Source: Candidatus Poribacteria bacterium (lineage in GTDB: Bacteria; Poribacteria; WGA-4E; PCPOR2b). Taken from it: a DNA stretch of 64,000 nucleotides. A program made the translations under genes and the position numbers. The notes under the pieces are model-generated. The model saw nothing but the letters and a program-made list of their open reading frames with translations, made no database searches and was not told where the DNA came from. This document shows, one piece after another, positions 1 through 9,420 of this stretch (its first letter is position 1; the number at the start of each line of letters is the position of its first letter). The DNA lies in assembly GCA_965198175.1 (NCBI GenBank), contig OZ240245.1, positions 4,860,404 through 4,924,403 on the forward strand. Reading direction: 5' to 3'.

Positions 1-1687
1 CAATTGCGGCATTGACATCGCGTTCCGCCATGAGTCTGACACCCATGCTATTGCATTCGGGTACCACAAAATAAACCTCTCCTACTCGCCCATCTTGGCA
101 CAACGCCCATGAAACGTTCGCCGCAGCCTGCATAACCGCTTCGCTGCCACAACTGGTCCCCGAGATAACGAGTGGGCGCTTAGATGCTTTCAGTGCTTGT
201 GCGATACTATCGGCGAGTTGACTGACGGTGTCCGATAAGTCAGTAACGGAAGGTGCATCAGGGTCAAGCGCATGGGCAACGGCAAACCCCAATCGTGCTA
301 AATCGTCGGGTGCCGCACGGTAAGTTTGGGTGGCAATAGTGTCCAGTTTTGTCGAGTTTGGCGTTGCAATGAAAAGCGGGCCCTTTTCATCTTGAACAAG
401 TTCTCGCACCGATGCATCATCCCACTCTGGAATTCTAAGCGCAGCCGCACGCTCGATAGGTTTTCGACGCACCGATTGTTTAACCGCCAAATCCAGCAGC
501 GGGGCTGTGTTCGTCAAATCTTCACCGATCACAAACACCGCATCCGCCGATTCTACTTCCCGAAGCGAGGGTGTACGCGCAGGTCCCTCTTCAAGAATCT
601 GGATTGCGCTTGCAACGAGTCGGGAATCGTTCGCGGACATGCCGTTGTAGAATCGATCCGCGCCCACCAGCGTACGCAATGCAAAATTGGCTTCTAGCGA
701 AGCACGCGGCGATCCAATCCCAATCATCTTCGCCCCATTCGATAGAAAGCTCGCGATCTTATCGCCTACAGCCGCTGGAGCGCTCGATTCTAAGTCGCCT
801 CGATCATTGCGAAGCAGGGACTGACGTATGCGCTGGTCGCTATTCACAAAATCGTAGCCGAATCGCCCGCGGTCACACAAGAAATAGCCGTTGACCTCTC
901 CGTTGTATCGACTAAGAATCGTCCGGATTTCGCCGTGACGCTCGCCGGGGATGGTGTTGCAGCCAAGTCCACAATGTACACAGACGGAGGGCGCTGTCTG
1001 GAGGTCCCACTTGCGCGTATAGTGTTCCTTGTACGTCTTGTCGGTAAAAACGCCGGTGGGACACACCTCAACCAAGTTGCCGCTAAACTCGCTTTCCAAC
1101 ACGCCATCCTCGAAGCGGCCAAAATACACCTCACCGCGCAACGCCAGCGTTGTCAGGTCATCGCCGCCGCCGTAATCCCGATAGAAGCGCACACATCGAT
1201 AACAAGCAATACAACGATTCATCTCATGGTTGATAAAGGGACCAAGGTATTGATTCCGGTGGGTGCGCTTTTTGAATCGGTAGCGCCGATAGTTGTGTCC
1301 TGTCATCATCGTCATATCCTGTAGATGACAACTCCCGCCCTCATCGCACACCGGACAATCGTGCGGGTGATTGACCATCAGCCATTCGATAACGCTCTCT
1401 CGAAAATGTCCCGCCTCTTCATCCTCAATGGAAATACGTGTCTCATTAAGCGGAGGAATGAGGCTTTTGGAATTCACCGGCGTCATACAAGCCATAACTA
1501 TCTTGCCGCGTGTATCCTCTTCATCGCGAAATTGCTTTATGGCACACTGACGGCACGCGCCAACTGAACCCAATGCAGGATGCCAGCAAAAATAGGGGAG
1601 ATTTAGCCCTAAAGAAAGCACCGCTTGCAGCAAATTCTGGTCATCGGCAACTTCATAAGGTTTATTGTCAATGTAAATTGTAGCCAT
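1..1687 (-). CDS. nuoG: NADH-quinone oxidoreductase subunit G (3' part runs off the window)
   Basis: Manual translation from ATG at 1687: [49 protein letters not shown]..., the NuoG 2Fe-2S N-terminus. Follows nuoF. Missing from the ORF track because it has no stop inside the window. Confidence 0.95.
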   Translation of the reverse strand, partial: MATIYIDNKPYEVADDQNLLQAVLSLGLNLPYFCWHPALGSVGACRQCAIKQFRDEEDTRGKIVMACMTPVNSKSLIPPLNETRISIEDEEAGHFRESVIEWLMVNHPHDCPVCDEGGSCHLQDMTMMTGHNYRRYRFKKRTHRNQYLGPFINHEMNRCIACYRCVRFYRDYGGGDDLTTLALRGEVYFGRFEDGVLESEFSGNLVEVCPTGVFTDKTYKEHYTRKWDLQTAPSVCVHCGLGCNTIPGERHGEIRTILSRYNGEVNGYFLCDRGRFGYDFVNSDQRIRQSLLRNDRGDLESSAPAAVGDKIASFLSNGAKMIGIGSPRASLEANFALRTLVGADRFYNGMSANDSRLVASAIQILEEGPARTPSLREVESADAVFVIGEDLTNTAPLLDLAVKQSVRRKPIERAAALRIPEWDDASVRELVQDEKGPLFIATPNSTKLDTIATQTYRAAPDDLARLGFAVAHALDPDAPSVTDLSDTVSQLADSIAQALKASKRPLVISGTSCGSEAVMQAAANVSWALCQDGRVGEVYFVVPECNSMGVRLMAERDVNAAI

Positions 1688-1744
1688 TATCGTTTCTTCA
1701 AATCGGTTTAGGAATTTAGAAAGGAATGTATCACCTGTTAGGCA

Positions 1745-3043
1745 TCACGACCCATACGGGCATCGCTTCTCACCGATATGCTGCTCAAAATCATCTCGGA
1801 AATATTTCAATCCGCTCTGTAGAGGCTCCACCGCTCCCGGCGCAAAAGCGCAAAAGGTGCGCCCAAGCATTCGAGTGATTGTATTAACAATGAACTCAAG
1901 GTTATCTATATCTTCAGATTTTCCGTCCCCTAATTCGATGGCGTCCAATAGACGATGCGTCCACGGAATGCCATCACGGCACGGAGTGCAAAAACCACAA
2001 GATTCACGCGTGAAGAAGAGTTCAAGGTTACGAATCATTCCAACTGGACACGTCTTATCATCAAGAATAACCATGGTACCTGTTCCTAGACGGCTTCCCG
2101 CTTCCATAACAGGTTCGTAGTCCATCGGCAAATCGAGGTGCTCCTCAACCAAGAAATCCGTTGAGGCGCCGCCAGGCAGCACACCGCGGAACTTCAATCC
2201 ATCCTGCATTCCCCCCGCGTGTTCCTCCAGAAGCTCTCGCATCGGTGTTCCGAGGGGAAGTTCCCAAATCGCCGGTCGCTTAATTTTGCCGCTTGCTCCA
2301 AAGAGTTTTGTTCCGCCGTTTCCGCTATAACTCAAACTCTTATACCACTCAGCACCATTGGCGACAATATGGGGCACGTTGCAGAGCGTTTCTACATTTT
2401 GCACGATGGTCGGCTTGCCCCACAAACCGGAGGTCTGTGGAAAGGGGGGTTTGGTGCGGGGAATCGGTCTTTTGCCCTCCAAAGCATTCATAAGCGCGGT
2501 CTCCTCGCCGCAGATATAGCGGCCAGCGCTTGTGTGCAGGTAGAGCTCTAAATTGTACCCCGATCCCAAGATGTTCTTACCGAGGTAGCCCGCATCATAT
2601 GCTTCAGTAATCGATTTTCTCAACAATGCTTCCGCTTTTTTATAAGCCCATCGTAGAAAAATGTAAGCGACATCCGCTTGGATAGCATATGCCGCCAGAA
2701 TCATTCCCTCAATGAACTGATGCGGATCTCCTTCTAGGAGAAGGCGATCCTTAAAAGTTCCCGGCTCCATTTCATCGGCGTTGGCAACGAGATACTTGCG
2801 CTCAGGTGCCCTATCGCCCATAGGCACAAAACTCCATTTCATGCCCGTGGGAAAACCGGCGCCGCCGCGACCCCTTAGATTCGCCTCTTTGACAACCCCA
2901 GTAACTTCCTCTGGAACCATCTCCGTCATTGCTTTGCGGACAGCCTGATACCCGCCGGCACTCTCATATTGCTTCAAATCGAACGGCGTCTCACTGGGGC
3001 TAATGTTTTTCGTAAGCGGTTTTTCTCTGATAGGTTCACTCAT
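1745..3043 (-). CDS. nuoF: NADH-quinone oxidoreductase subunit F
   Basis: LRGRGGAGFPTG, NADEMEPGTFKDR, YICGEETAL and ESCGFCTPCRDG (N3 cluster) motifs; start placed at MSEPIREK. Confidence 0.97.
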   Translation of the reverse strand: MSEPIREKPLTKNISPSETPFDLKQYESAGGYQAVRKAMTEMVPEEVTGVVKEANLRGRGGAGFPTGMKWSFVPMGDRAPERKYLVANADEMEPGTFKDRLLLEGDPHQFIEGMILAAYAIQADVAYIFLRWAYKKAEALLRKSITEAYDAGYLGKNILGSGYNLELYLHTSAGRYICGEETALMNALEGKRPIPRTKPPFPQTSGLWGKPTIVQNVETLCNVPHIVANGAEWYKSLSYSGNGGTKLFGASGKIKRPAIWELPLGTPMRELLEEHAGGMQDGLKFRGVLPGGASTDFLVEEHLDLPMDYEPVMEAGSRLGTGTMVILDDKTCPVGMIRNLELFFTRESCGFCTPCRDGIPWTHRLLDAIELGDGKSEDIDNLEFIVNTITRMLGRTFCAFAPGAVEPLQSGLKYFRDDFEQHIGEKRCPYGS

Positions 3044-3048
3044 GCCAA

Positions 3049-3516
3049 CTATCCCTCGCAACTCTCAAGGATGCCGTCAATCTTTTCTTCATCCAAATCC
3101 CTGTGAAGCGTTTCATCAATCATCATCGCTGGCGCATGATCGCACGTGCCGAGGCACTGCATCGGCAACAGCGTAAACTCATTGTCCTCACTAGTCTCTC
3201 CGAAATTGATGCCGAGCCGTTTTGTGAAATGCTCACGCATCCGATCGCACCCCATGACCCAACAACTAACGCTATCGCAGAGCAGAATCACATGCTTTCC
3301 CACCGGCTTGCGGTAAATCAAATTGTAGAATGTAGCGACGCCATCCAGCTCCGCCGGGGACATCTCCAAAAGTTCAGCGATGTCCTTGATGCTTTCATCC
3401 GACACCCAGCCTCGATGTTTTTGAACAATCTTCAGCGCATCGACACTTACCGCCTGCTTATAATCAAAATGCTTGGTCTCTTCTTCGATTTCTTGCCGTT
3501 CTTCTTCTGTCAGCAT
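3049..3516 (-). CDS. nuoE: NADH-quinone oxidoreductase subunit E
   Basis: VATFYN, CDSVSC and CLGTCDHAP 2Fe-2S motifs; operon position. Confidence 0.96.
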   Translation of the reverse strand: MLTEEERQEIEEETKHFDYKQAVSVDALKIVQKHRGWVSDESIKDIAELLEMSPAELDGVATFYNLIYRKPVGKHVILLCDSVSCWVMGCDRMREHFTKRLGINFGETSEDNEFTLLPMQCLGTCDHAPAMMIDETLHRDLDEEKIDGILESCEG

Positions 3517-3573
3517 TGCGTCTTCCAAATACGGAATGGCAAGATAGCATCTTGCCCTCTAGAATCTCCATCG

Positions 3574-5322
3574 TCAACGGTCTATGTCCGCCAATACGAA
3601 GTCCATAGCGCCCAAAATCGCCAATAAATCTGGAATCATCGCACCCCGGCTAATTAGTGGGAGCATCTGCATGTGAGGAAACGACGGCGTGCGTATCCGT
3701 ACGCGATACGGGATAGTGCTGCCATCGCTAATCAGATAGTAGCCGTTGTTCCCTTTCGTCGCCTCGATACCGAAAAAAGCTTCGCCCGCTGGGATGACGG
3801 GACCCCAACTCACATTCAGGAAATGGTTAATCAGTGTCTCAATATCTTCCATCGTATGCTCTTTGAGCGGGGGCGTCGTCAAGGGATGGTCGGACTTGTA
3901 CGGTCCCGATGGCATATTGTTCATGCATTGTTCGATAATCCGCAAACTCTGTCGTATTTCCTCAATACGCACAACAGCTCTATCATAGCAATCGCCGCCT
4001 TGGGCGGTCGGTATATCGAACTCGAACTGGTCGTAGTCGGAATAAGGGCGTTTCTTACGAAAATCCCACTCGAAGCCGCAGGCGCGTAGTCCCGGTCCAG
4101 TGATACCCCATTCAATCGCTTCGTCCACGGTATAAGCGCCAACACCCTGGGTGCGTTTCTTGAAGATACGGTTCCGCATCACCATCTTGTCGTATTCATC
4201 GAGTCGGCGCGGTAAATAGTCCAAATATTCTCGAATCATGTTATCCCAACCATTTGGGAGATCCTGCGCCACGCCTCCGATACGAAACCAACTGGGATGC
4301 ATGCGCCCACCGCAAATCGCTTCGACAATCTCAAAAATTCGTTCGCGGTCGGTAAACATATAGAACACCGGTGACAGTGCACCTATATCCTGAGCAAACG
4401 TGCCGTACCAGACCAGATGGCTGGCGATGCGGAATAGCTCAGCCATCATAATGCGCACAACCTTGACTCTCCCAGGCACTTCAATACCAGCCAATTTTTC
4501 CACAGCCAGCACATAGGCGAGGTTATTCATCACACCACCGAGGTAGTCAATGCGATCGGTGTACGGGATGAACGTGTGCCACGACTGACGCTCTCCCATC
4601 TTTTCTGCGCCTCGATGATGGTAACCGATGTCAGGAACCACATCAATAATCTCCTCGCCATCTAGCTGAAGTGCAAAGCGGAGCACGCCATGCGTGCCCG
4701 GATGCTGGGGACCGAGGTTGAGGAACATGAAATCCGCGTCCTCTCCCTGTGCGTGCATCCCCCAATCCTCTGGGCGAAATTGGAGCGCCTCTTGTTCTAA
4801 ATCCTGTTTTTCATCTGGCAATTCAAACTGACCCATCTCGGTGGCGCGTGCAGGGTGTTCCTTGCGGAGCGGATGACCTTCCCAAGTCGGAGGCATGAGA
4901 ATCCGGCTCAAGTGGGGATGCCCTTCAAATGTGACGCCAAACATATCCCACACTTCGCGCTCATACCAATTCGCAGAGGGCCAAATATCGGTCACCGTAT
5001 GGATGGAGGGATACTCATCTTGGAGTGCAACTTTGAGACGAACGTCTTCGTTGCGTTCATAGGAAAGGAGGTGGTACACAACCGTGAAGTCGCCTTCCGG
5101 CTGATTTTGGCGATGGGTACGGACGCGCTCGTCAATCGCCGTGAGGTCGTACAGCATGCGGTACGGTTTATCCGTTTCTGTTTTGAGATAACGTAGAACA
5201 TCGCAAATTGTATCTTTAGACACCCAAAAGAGAGGCACACCGTCATCCGTTGGCTCCGCTGAGACAGTTGCCTCGCCGAATTTGCCTTGAAGTTCTTGTA
5301 TTAGGAGGGGTGTATCGCTCAT
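3574..5322 (-). CDS. nuoC: NADH-quinone oxidoreductase fused subunit C/D
   Basis: NuoC part ([20 protein letters not shown]) fused to NuoD part ([24 protein letters not shown]-terminal ADIDR). Confidence 0.97.
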   Translation of the reverse strand: MSDTPLLIQELQGKFGEATVSAEPTDDGVPLFWVSKDTICDVLRYLKTETDKPYRMLYDLTAIDERVRTHRQNQPEGDFTVVYHLLSYERNEDVRLKVALQDEYPSIHTVTDIWPSANWYEREVWDMFGVTFEGHPHLSRILMPPTWEGHPLRKEHPARATEMGQFELPDEKQDLEQEALQFRPEDWGMHAQGEDADFMFLNLGPQHPGTHGVLRFALQLDGEEIIDVVPDIGYHHRGAEKMGERQSWHTFIPYTDRIDYLGGVMNNLAYVLAVEKLAGIEVPGRVKVVRIMMAELFRIASHLVWYGTFAQDIGALSPVFYMFTDRERIFEIVEAICGGRMHPSWFRIGGVAQDLPNGWDNMIREYLDYLPRRLDEYDKMVMRNRIFKKRTQGVGAYTVDEAIEWGITGPGLRACGFEWDFRKKRPYSDYDQFEFDIPTAQGGDCYDRAVVRIEEIRQSLRIIEQCMNNMPSGPYKSDHPLTTPPLKEHTMEDIETLINHFLNVSWGPVIPAGEAFFGIEATKGNNGYYLISDGSTIPYRVRIRTPSFPHMQMLPLISRGAMIPDLLAILGAMDFVLADIDR

Positions 5323-5363
5323 CGTAGTTAATTCTATAGTCGGCGTTCTGCAGTCGATAGTTG

Positions 5364-6008
5364 CTACTTCACTTCATCAGGGGAACGCAGTGTCGTAGCT
5401 TGTTGCCTCTCATCGCGTTTCAAATCCCGCCGAGCAGGCATGTCCGGCTTTACCACACCTTGCGGTCCAACGAACCAACTCAAGGGACGATGTTCCGCCC
5501 CAACTGCTTCCCGCAGTTCGACTATCCCTTCCATGAAGGCGTCAGGGCGAGGTGGGCAGCCCGGTACATATACATCAACCGGCAAAATCTTGTCGACGCC
5601 CTGAACCACACTGTAGATATCGTACATTCCACCGGAATTGGCGCACGCCCCCATGGAAATAACCCAGCGCGGTTCCATCATCTGTTCGTAGAGTCGCCTG
5701 ATAATCGGCGCCATTTTGATGAACGGTGTGCCGGCAATCACCATGACATCAGCCTCGCGTGGGGTGCCGCGAATCACTTCCGCGCCGAAGCGGGCGATGT
5801 CGTATTTGCTCGTAATGCTTGTTGCCATCTCTACGAAACAGCACGAAAGTCCGAAGTTAAAGGGCCACATGGAGTTCTTGCGCCCCCAAGCCAGCAAATC
5901 TTGTAAACGCGTCAGAAGCACATTGCGGCGGACAGCTTCTTCGAGGGAACCACCCGGAATTTCAGGAGATTGACTTAAATCAGTCGATTTGCTAAACCAC
6001 CATCGCAT
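5364..6008 (-). CDS. nuoB: NADH-quinone oxidoreductase subunit B
   Basis: [20 protein letters not shown] and VPGCPPRP motifs. Confidence 0.97.
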   Translation of the reverse strand: MRWWFSKSTDLSQSPEIPGGSLEEAVRRNVLLTRLQDLLAWGRKNSMWPFNFGLSCCFVEMATSITSKYDIARFGAEVIRGTPREADVMVIAGTPFIKMAPIIRRLYEQMMEPRWVISMGACANSGGMYDIYSVVQGVDKILPVDVYVPGCPPRPDAFMEGIVELREAVGAEHRPLSWFVGPQGVVKPDMPARRDLKRDERQQATTLRSPDEVK

Positions 6009-6035
6009 AAGCTTAAATCTCTTTCAGTCCGCTTT

Positions 6036-6422
6036 TCATCGCGGTGGGATTTGTATCCGCGGTCTGCTGCCCCAGTCGAGCGCACCCAATCGCCACAGAT
6101 ATACAAGACCCGCAAACAGGACGCCGATGAAAACTATGGCTTCTATGTAACCCATCCAACCGAGTTCGCGTATGGCGACCGCCCAAGCGAAGATGAACAC
6201 GGCTTCCAAATCAAAAACCACGAAGAACATCGCAACATGGTAAAACTTAGCAGAAAGGCGGATTCGAGCCGTTCCTTGCGAGAGGATGCCGGATTCGTAG
6301 GGTTCGCCGGTAGCTCTATCTTTGTGACGCTGCCCCAAAAGGAAGGACAGACCGACCATACCAATCCCCACCAAGAAAATGACACCCGCAAAATATACCG
6401 CCAGAGGCCAGAGGGTGTTCAC
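6036..6422 (-). CDS. nuoA: NADH-quinone oxidoreductase subunit A
   Basis: Three hydrophobic segments, PYESG and FDLEAVF motifs; GTG start with GGAGG RBS. Confidence 0.95.
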   Translation of the reverse strand: MNTLWPLAVYFAGVIFLVGIGMVGLSFLLGQRHKDRATGEPYESGILSQGTARIRLSAKFYHVAMFFVVFDLEAVFIFAWAVAIRELGWMGYIEAIVFIGVLFAGLVYLWRLGALDWGSRPRIQIPPR

Positions 6423-7072
6423 GCTATATCCCTCCTCAAGTTGAAGTGAGACCTCTCAAACGTTCTACAAGTCGTTCGCATAAACCTGACCCGCCGTCGT
6501 ATCCGTTTCCGTTATCTGAGGACAGAGCGTTGTAAAATTTTCAGCTAGAACCCTGCGCTACGCCTAAGCTTGTAACTTTTTGTCACAAAGTCAAGTGGAT
6601 AGTATATAACAGAATCAGAAAAGACGCAAGAGTTTTTTCAGATTCCCTTTTCCCCTCGCACCGACCAAATCTTCGCTCAAGTCGTATTCTTAATTGAAAT
6701 CATTGAAATCGAACCGCAGCCAGTTCTGCCGCTCGTGGGTTGGGTTAAAGAAAGGCGGGCAGGAACCCGCGCCGCTTTTGTGGTTGATATATTTCGCCGG
6801 TTTATGTTACAATTCAGTGAGTTCAAAGTGAAAGCCTACAGTTGAAATTGACGACGGAAAGTATCTACACGTTGGGTATAATAGGCGCTCCATTGACTCT
6901 ATGAGACCATTGTCTCAAGGTCTGTGACAAATACGCTCTCCTTGCCCACTCTTTCTACATCGCTTTGGCAATTATCGACTTCACACGCCCGATTCTTGGC
7001 TTGTCGATACCTTACTGAAGCGTCGAACCTACTCACCAGCGGATCGGATCAAATTTAAGCTAAAGGAAAAAG

Positions 7073-8080
7073 ATGAAGCTTGTACAATTCTATCAACCAG
7101 GGCATGGCAAGCGCGTCGGTATCGTTACACGAGGCGACTTGGCTACCGATGCTGCAAGTGACGGCGATCGCGGCTTAATCACTCGGCTGTTTCAGCCGGA
7201 CGAGGTAATTATTGATGTCACCAGCGACGAAGCGCCGGACGTCCTAGAACTGATTAAACTCTCGTACAAAGAGGGAGTCAGCATGGGAGTATTGCTGGCA
7301 GATATTCAAGAACACTTCTCCAGCGATTCAACGCCAGCCTTTCTCCCGGATCAGGCTAGCGACGATAAAGAAACACTCAGACTAACAGATCTCAATGTTC
7401 AACCCGATTCGAACGTGCCTCACCTTCTGTTGCCGATTGATCCGCCAGAGGTGTGGGGCTGCGGCGTAACCTACAAACGCAGCGCCGACATGCGTGATGA
7501 AGATAGCGAACAGGACATTTACAGCCGCGTCTATCACTCGGACCGCCCTGAGATTTTTTTCAAAGGGACAAAAGCCCGATGCGCTGGTCCGAACGACTTT
7601 ATCGGTATTCGGAGTGACTCTAAACTCACCGCAACAGAGCCCGAATTGGCTTATATCCTTGGAGCGGACGGAGAAATCGTCGGGTATACCATCTGTAACG
7701 ATGTCTCCGCTTGGGATATCGAACGCGAAAATCCCCTATACCTGCCCCCATCGAAGATTTTCTACGGATGCTGCGCGCTGGGACCGATGTTCGTGACCCC
7801 CTCTGAAATAGACGACCCCTACAATCTGAACATAAAATGTACCATCATCCGCGGTGGAGAGCTAATCTATGAAGGTGATGTGAACACGTCACAAATCAAC
7901 TGGAAGTTTGAAGAACTGACCGAATTTCTATGTCGAGACAACCCCATCCCCATCGGCACGGTAGTCTCTACCGGCACCGGCATCATCGTCCCGAATGAGT
8001 TGCCGTTGGCTCCCGGTGATGTTGTTCAGATTGAAATTGATGAACTCGGGGTACTCTCCAATCCCGTAATACAGCTTTAA
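7073..8080 (+). CDS. Fumarylacetoacetate hydrolase family protein, 2-keto-3-deoxy-pentonate dehydratase (KdaD/XylX)-like
   Basis: EVWGCGVTYKRS, RPEIFFKG, EPELA, NDVSAWDIERENPLYLP and STGTGI motifs. Confidence 0.8.
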   Translation: MKLVQFYQPGHGKRVGIVTRGDLATDAASDGDRGLITRLFQPDEVIIDVTSDEAPDVLELIKLSYKEGVSMGVLLADIQEHFSSDSTPAFLPDQASDDKETLRLTDLNVQPDSNVPHLLLPIDPPEVWGCGVTYKRSADMRDEDSEQDIYSRVYHSDRPEIFFKGTKARCAGPNDFIGIRSDSKLTATEPELAYILGADGEIVGYTICNDVSAWDIERENPLYLPPSKIFYGCCALGPMFVTPSEIDDPYNLNIKCTIIRGGELIYEGDVNTSQINWKFEELTEFLCRDNPIPIGTVVSTGTGIIVPNELPLAPGDVVQIEIDELGVLSNPVIQL

Positions 8081-8092
8081 GGAGACGTGTAA

Positions 8093-9205
8093 ATGTCGTC
8101 ACCTCATGTTGATACATACACTGGGGTTCCCAAATCGCAAATCGACACCCCGGCGCTGCTAATTGATTTGGATATTATGGAGGCGAATATTCAGAAGATG
8201 GCGGACTTCTTCAAAACCGTCAATGCAGACCTCCGCCCTCACACCAAGACGCATAAGACCCCAATTATCGCGCATAAGCAGATTGAAGCCGGGGCAATTG
8301 GCATAACCTGCGCGAAACTGGGAGAAGCCGAAGCCTTGGTCCACGCAGGCATCCGCGATGTGCTCATCGCCAATCAGATAGTCGGTGCCCAGAAAATTGC
8401 CCGGCTCGTCAACCTTGCGAGTCATTCAGAGATTATGGTCGCTGTCGACGACCCGCATAACGTCGCTCAACTTTCTGCGGCTGCGGAAGCAAAAGGCGTA
8501 ACGCTGCGAATACTTATCGAAGTCAATACCGGCATGAACCGTTGCGGAACGGAACCGGGGAAACCCACGCTCGATTTGGCGCGTCTCGTTCTGAAATCGA
8601 AGGGGCTCAAGTTTGAAGGGTTGATGGGTTATGAGGGGCATACCGTCGCCATCCCGTCATTCGCTGAACGCAAGAAACGGACGAACGAATCCGTCGAGGT
8701 ATTGGTTGAGACCAAAGGCGTTCTCGAACGTAACGGCGTTTCGCTCAAGATAATGAGCGGCGGCGGTACAGGCACCTATGCGATCACCGGCGCACACCCT
8801 GAGATAACGGAAATCCAAGCCGGATCTTATGTCTTCATGGATGCGACTTACGGAAATGTGGAAGGGGTCGGCGATCGCTTCGGCAGTTCGTTGACGGTGT
8901 TGACGACTGTCGTGAGTCGTCCGAATCCGTCGCGCATCATTGTTGACGCAGGGTTGAAAGTGCTGGCAAAAGAGTTTGGCATCCCGCAGCCGATAGGGAT
9001 TGACGGCTTAGAGATGACGGGGTTATCGGAGGAACACGGACGGATGACCGCACAAGACGATGTCAGTCTCAAACCCGGCGACAAAATCGAAATCTTGCCC
9101 ACACACTGCTGCACAACCGTAAACCTACATGACCGCTACTACGGCGTCCGCAACGGCGTCGTCGAATCCATCTGGCAAATCGCCGCAAGAGGCAAGTCGC
9201 AATAA
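8093..9205 (+). CDS. Fold-type III PLP enzyme, D-threonine aldolase/DSD1 family
   Basis: TPALLID, LRPHTKTHK (PLP lysine), GGGTGT, SEEHG and PTHCCTTVN motifs. Confidence 0.88.
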   Translation: MSSPHVDTYTGVPKSQIDTPALLIDLDIMEANIQKMADFFKTVNADLRPHTKTHKTPIIAHKQIEAGAIGITCAKLGEAEALVHAGIRDVLIANQIVGAQKIARLVNLASHSEIMVAVDDPHNVAQLSAAAEAKGVTLRILIEVNTGMNRCGTEPGKPTLDLARLVLKSKGLKFEGLMGYEGHTVAIPSFAERKKRTNESVEVLVETKGVLERNGVSLKIMSGGGTGTYAITGAHPEITEIQAGSYVFMDATYGNVEGVGDRFGSSLTVLTTVVSRPNPSRIIVDAGLKVLAKEFGIPQPIGIDGLEMTGLSEEHGRMTAQDDVSLKPGDKIEILPTHCCTTVNLHDRYYGVRNGVVESIWQIAARGKSQ

Positions 9206-9332
9206 AGAACAAATGAACTTTGCGATGAATCTCCTAAGTCTGTAGTTAGTCAATGAGATGGTTTACGCCTGTTTGCCGCTACCATCGGGAAGTCCGCCCC
9301 CTTGCCAAACGGAAAACTAGAGTGCCTCAAAC

Positions 9333-9367
9333 ATCCTCCCCCTTGCTAAGGGGGAGCTAGAGGGGGT
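9333..9367. repeat. Palindromic repeat family B (CTCCCCCTTGCTAAGGGGGAG), copy 1
   Basis: The 28 nt ATCCTCCCCCTTGCTAAGGGGGAGCTAG is identical to 56212-56239. Confidence 0.85.
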
Positions 9368-9420
9368 GTATTGCCCCGCATCAAACCCAACAAATCCTCC
9401 AATCGAATGGAGATTCACCC

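Noticed and set aside
326..1567. Several plus-strand ORFs and one short minus-strand ORF in the ORF track
   Set aside because: They are shadows of nuoG, which occupies 1-1687 on the minus strand.
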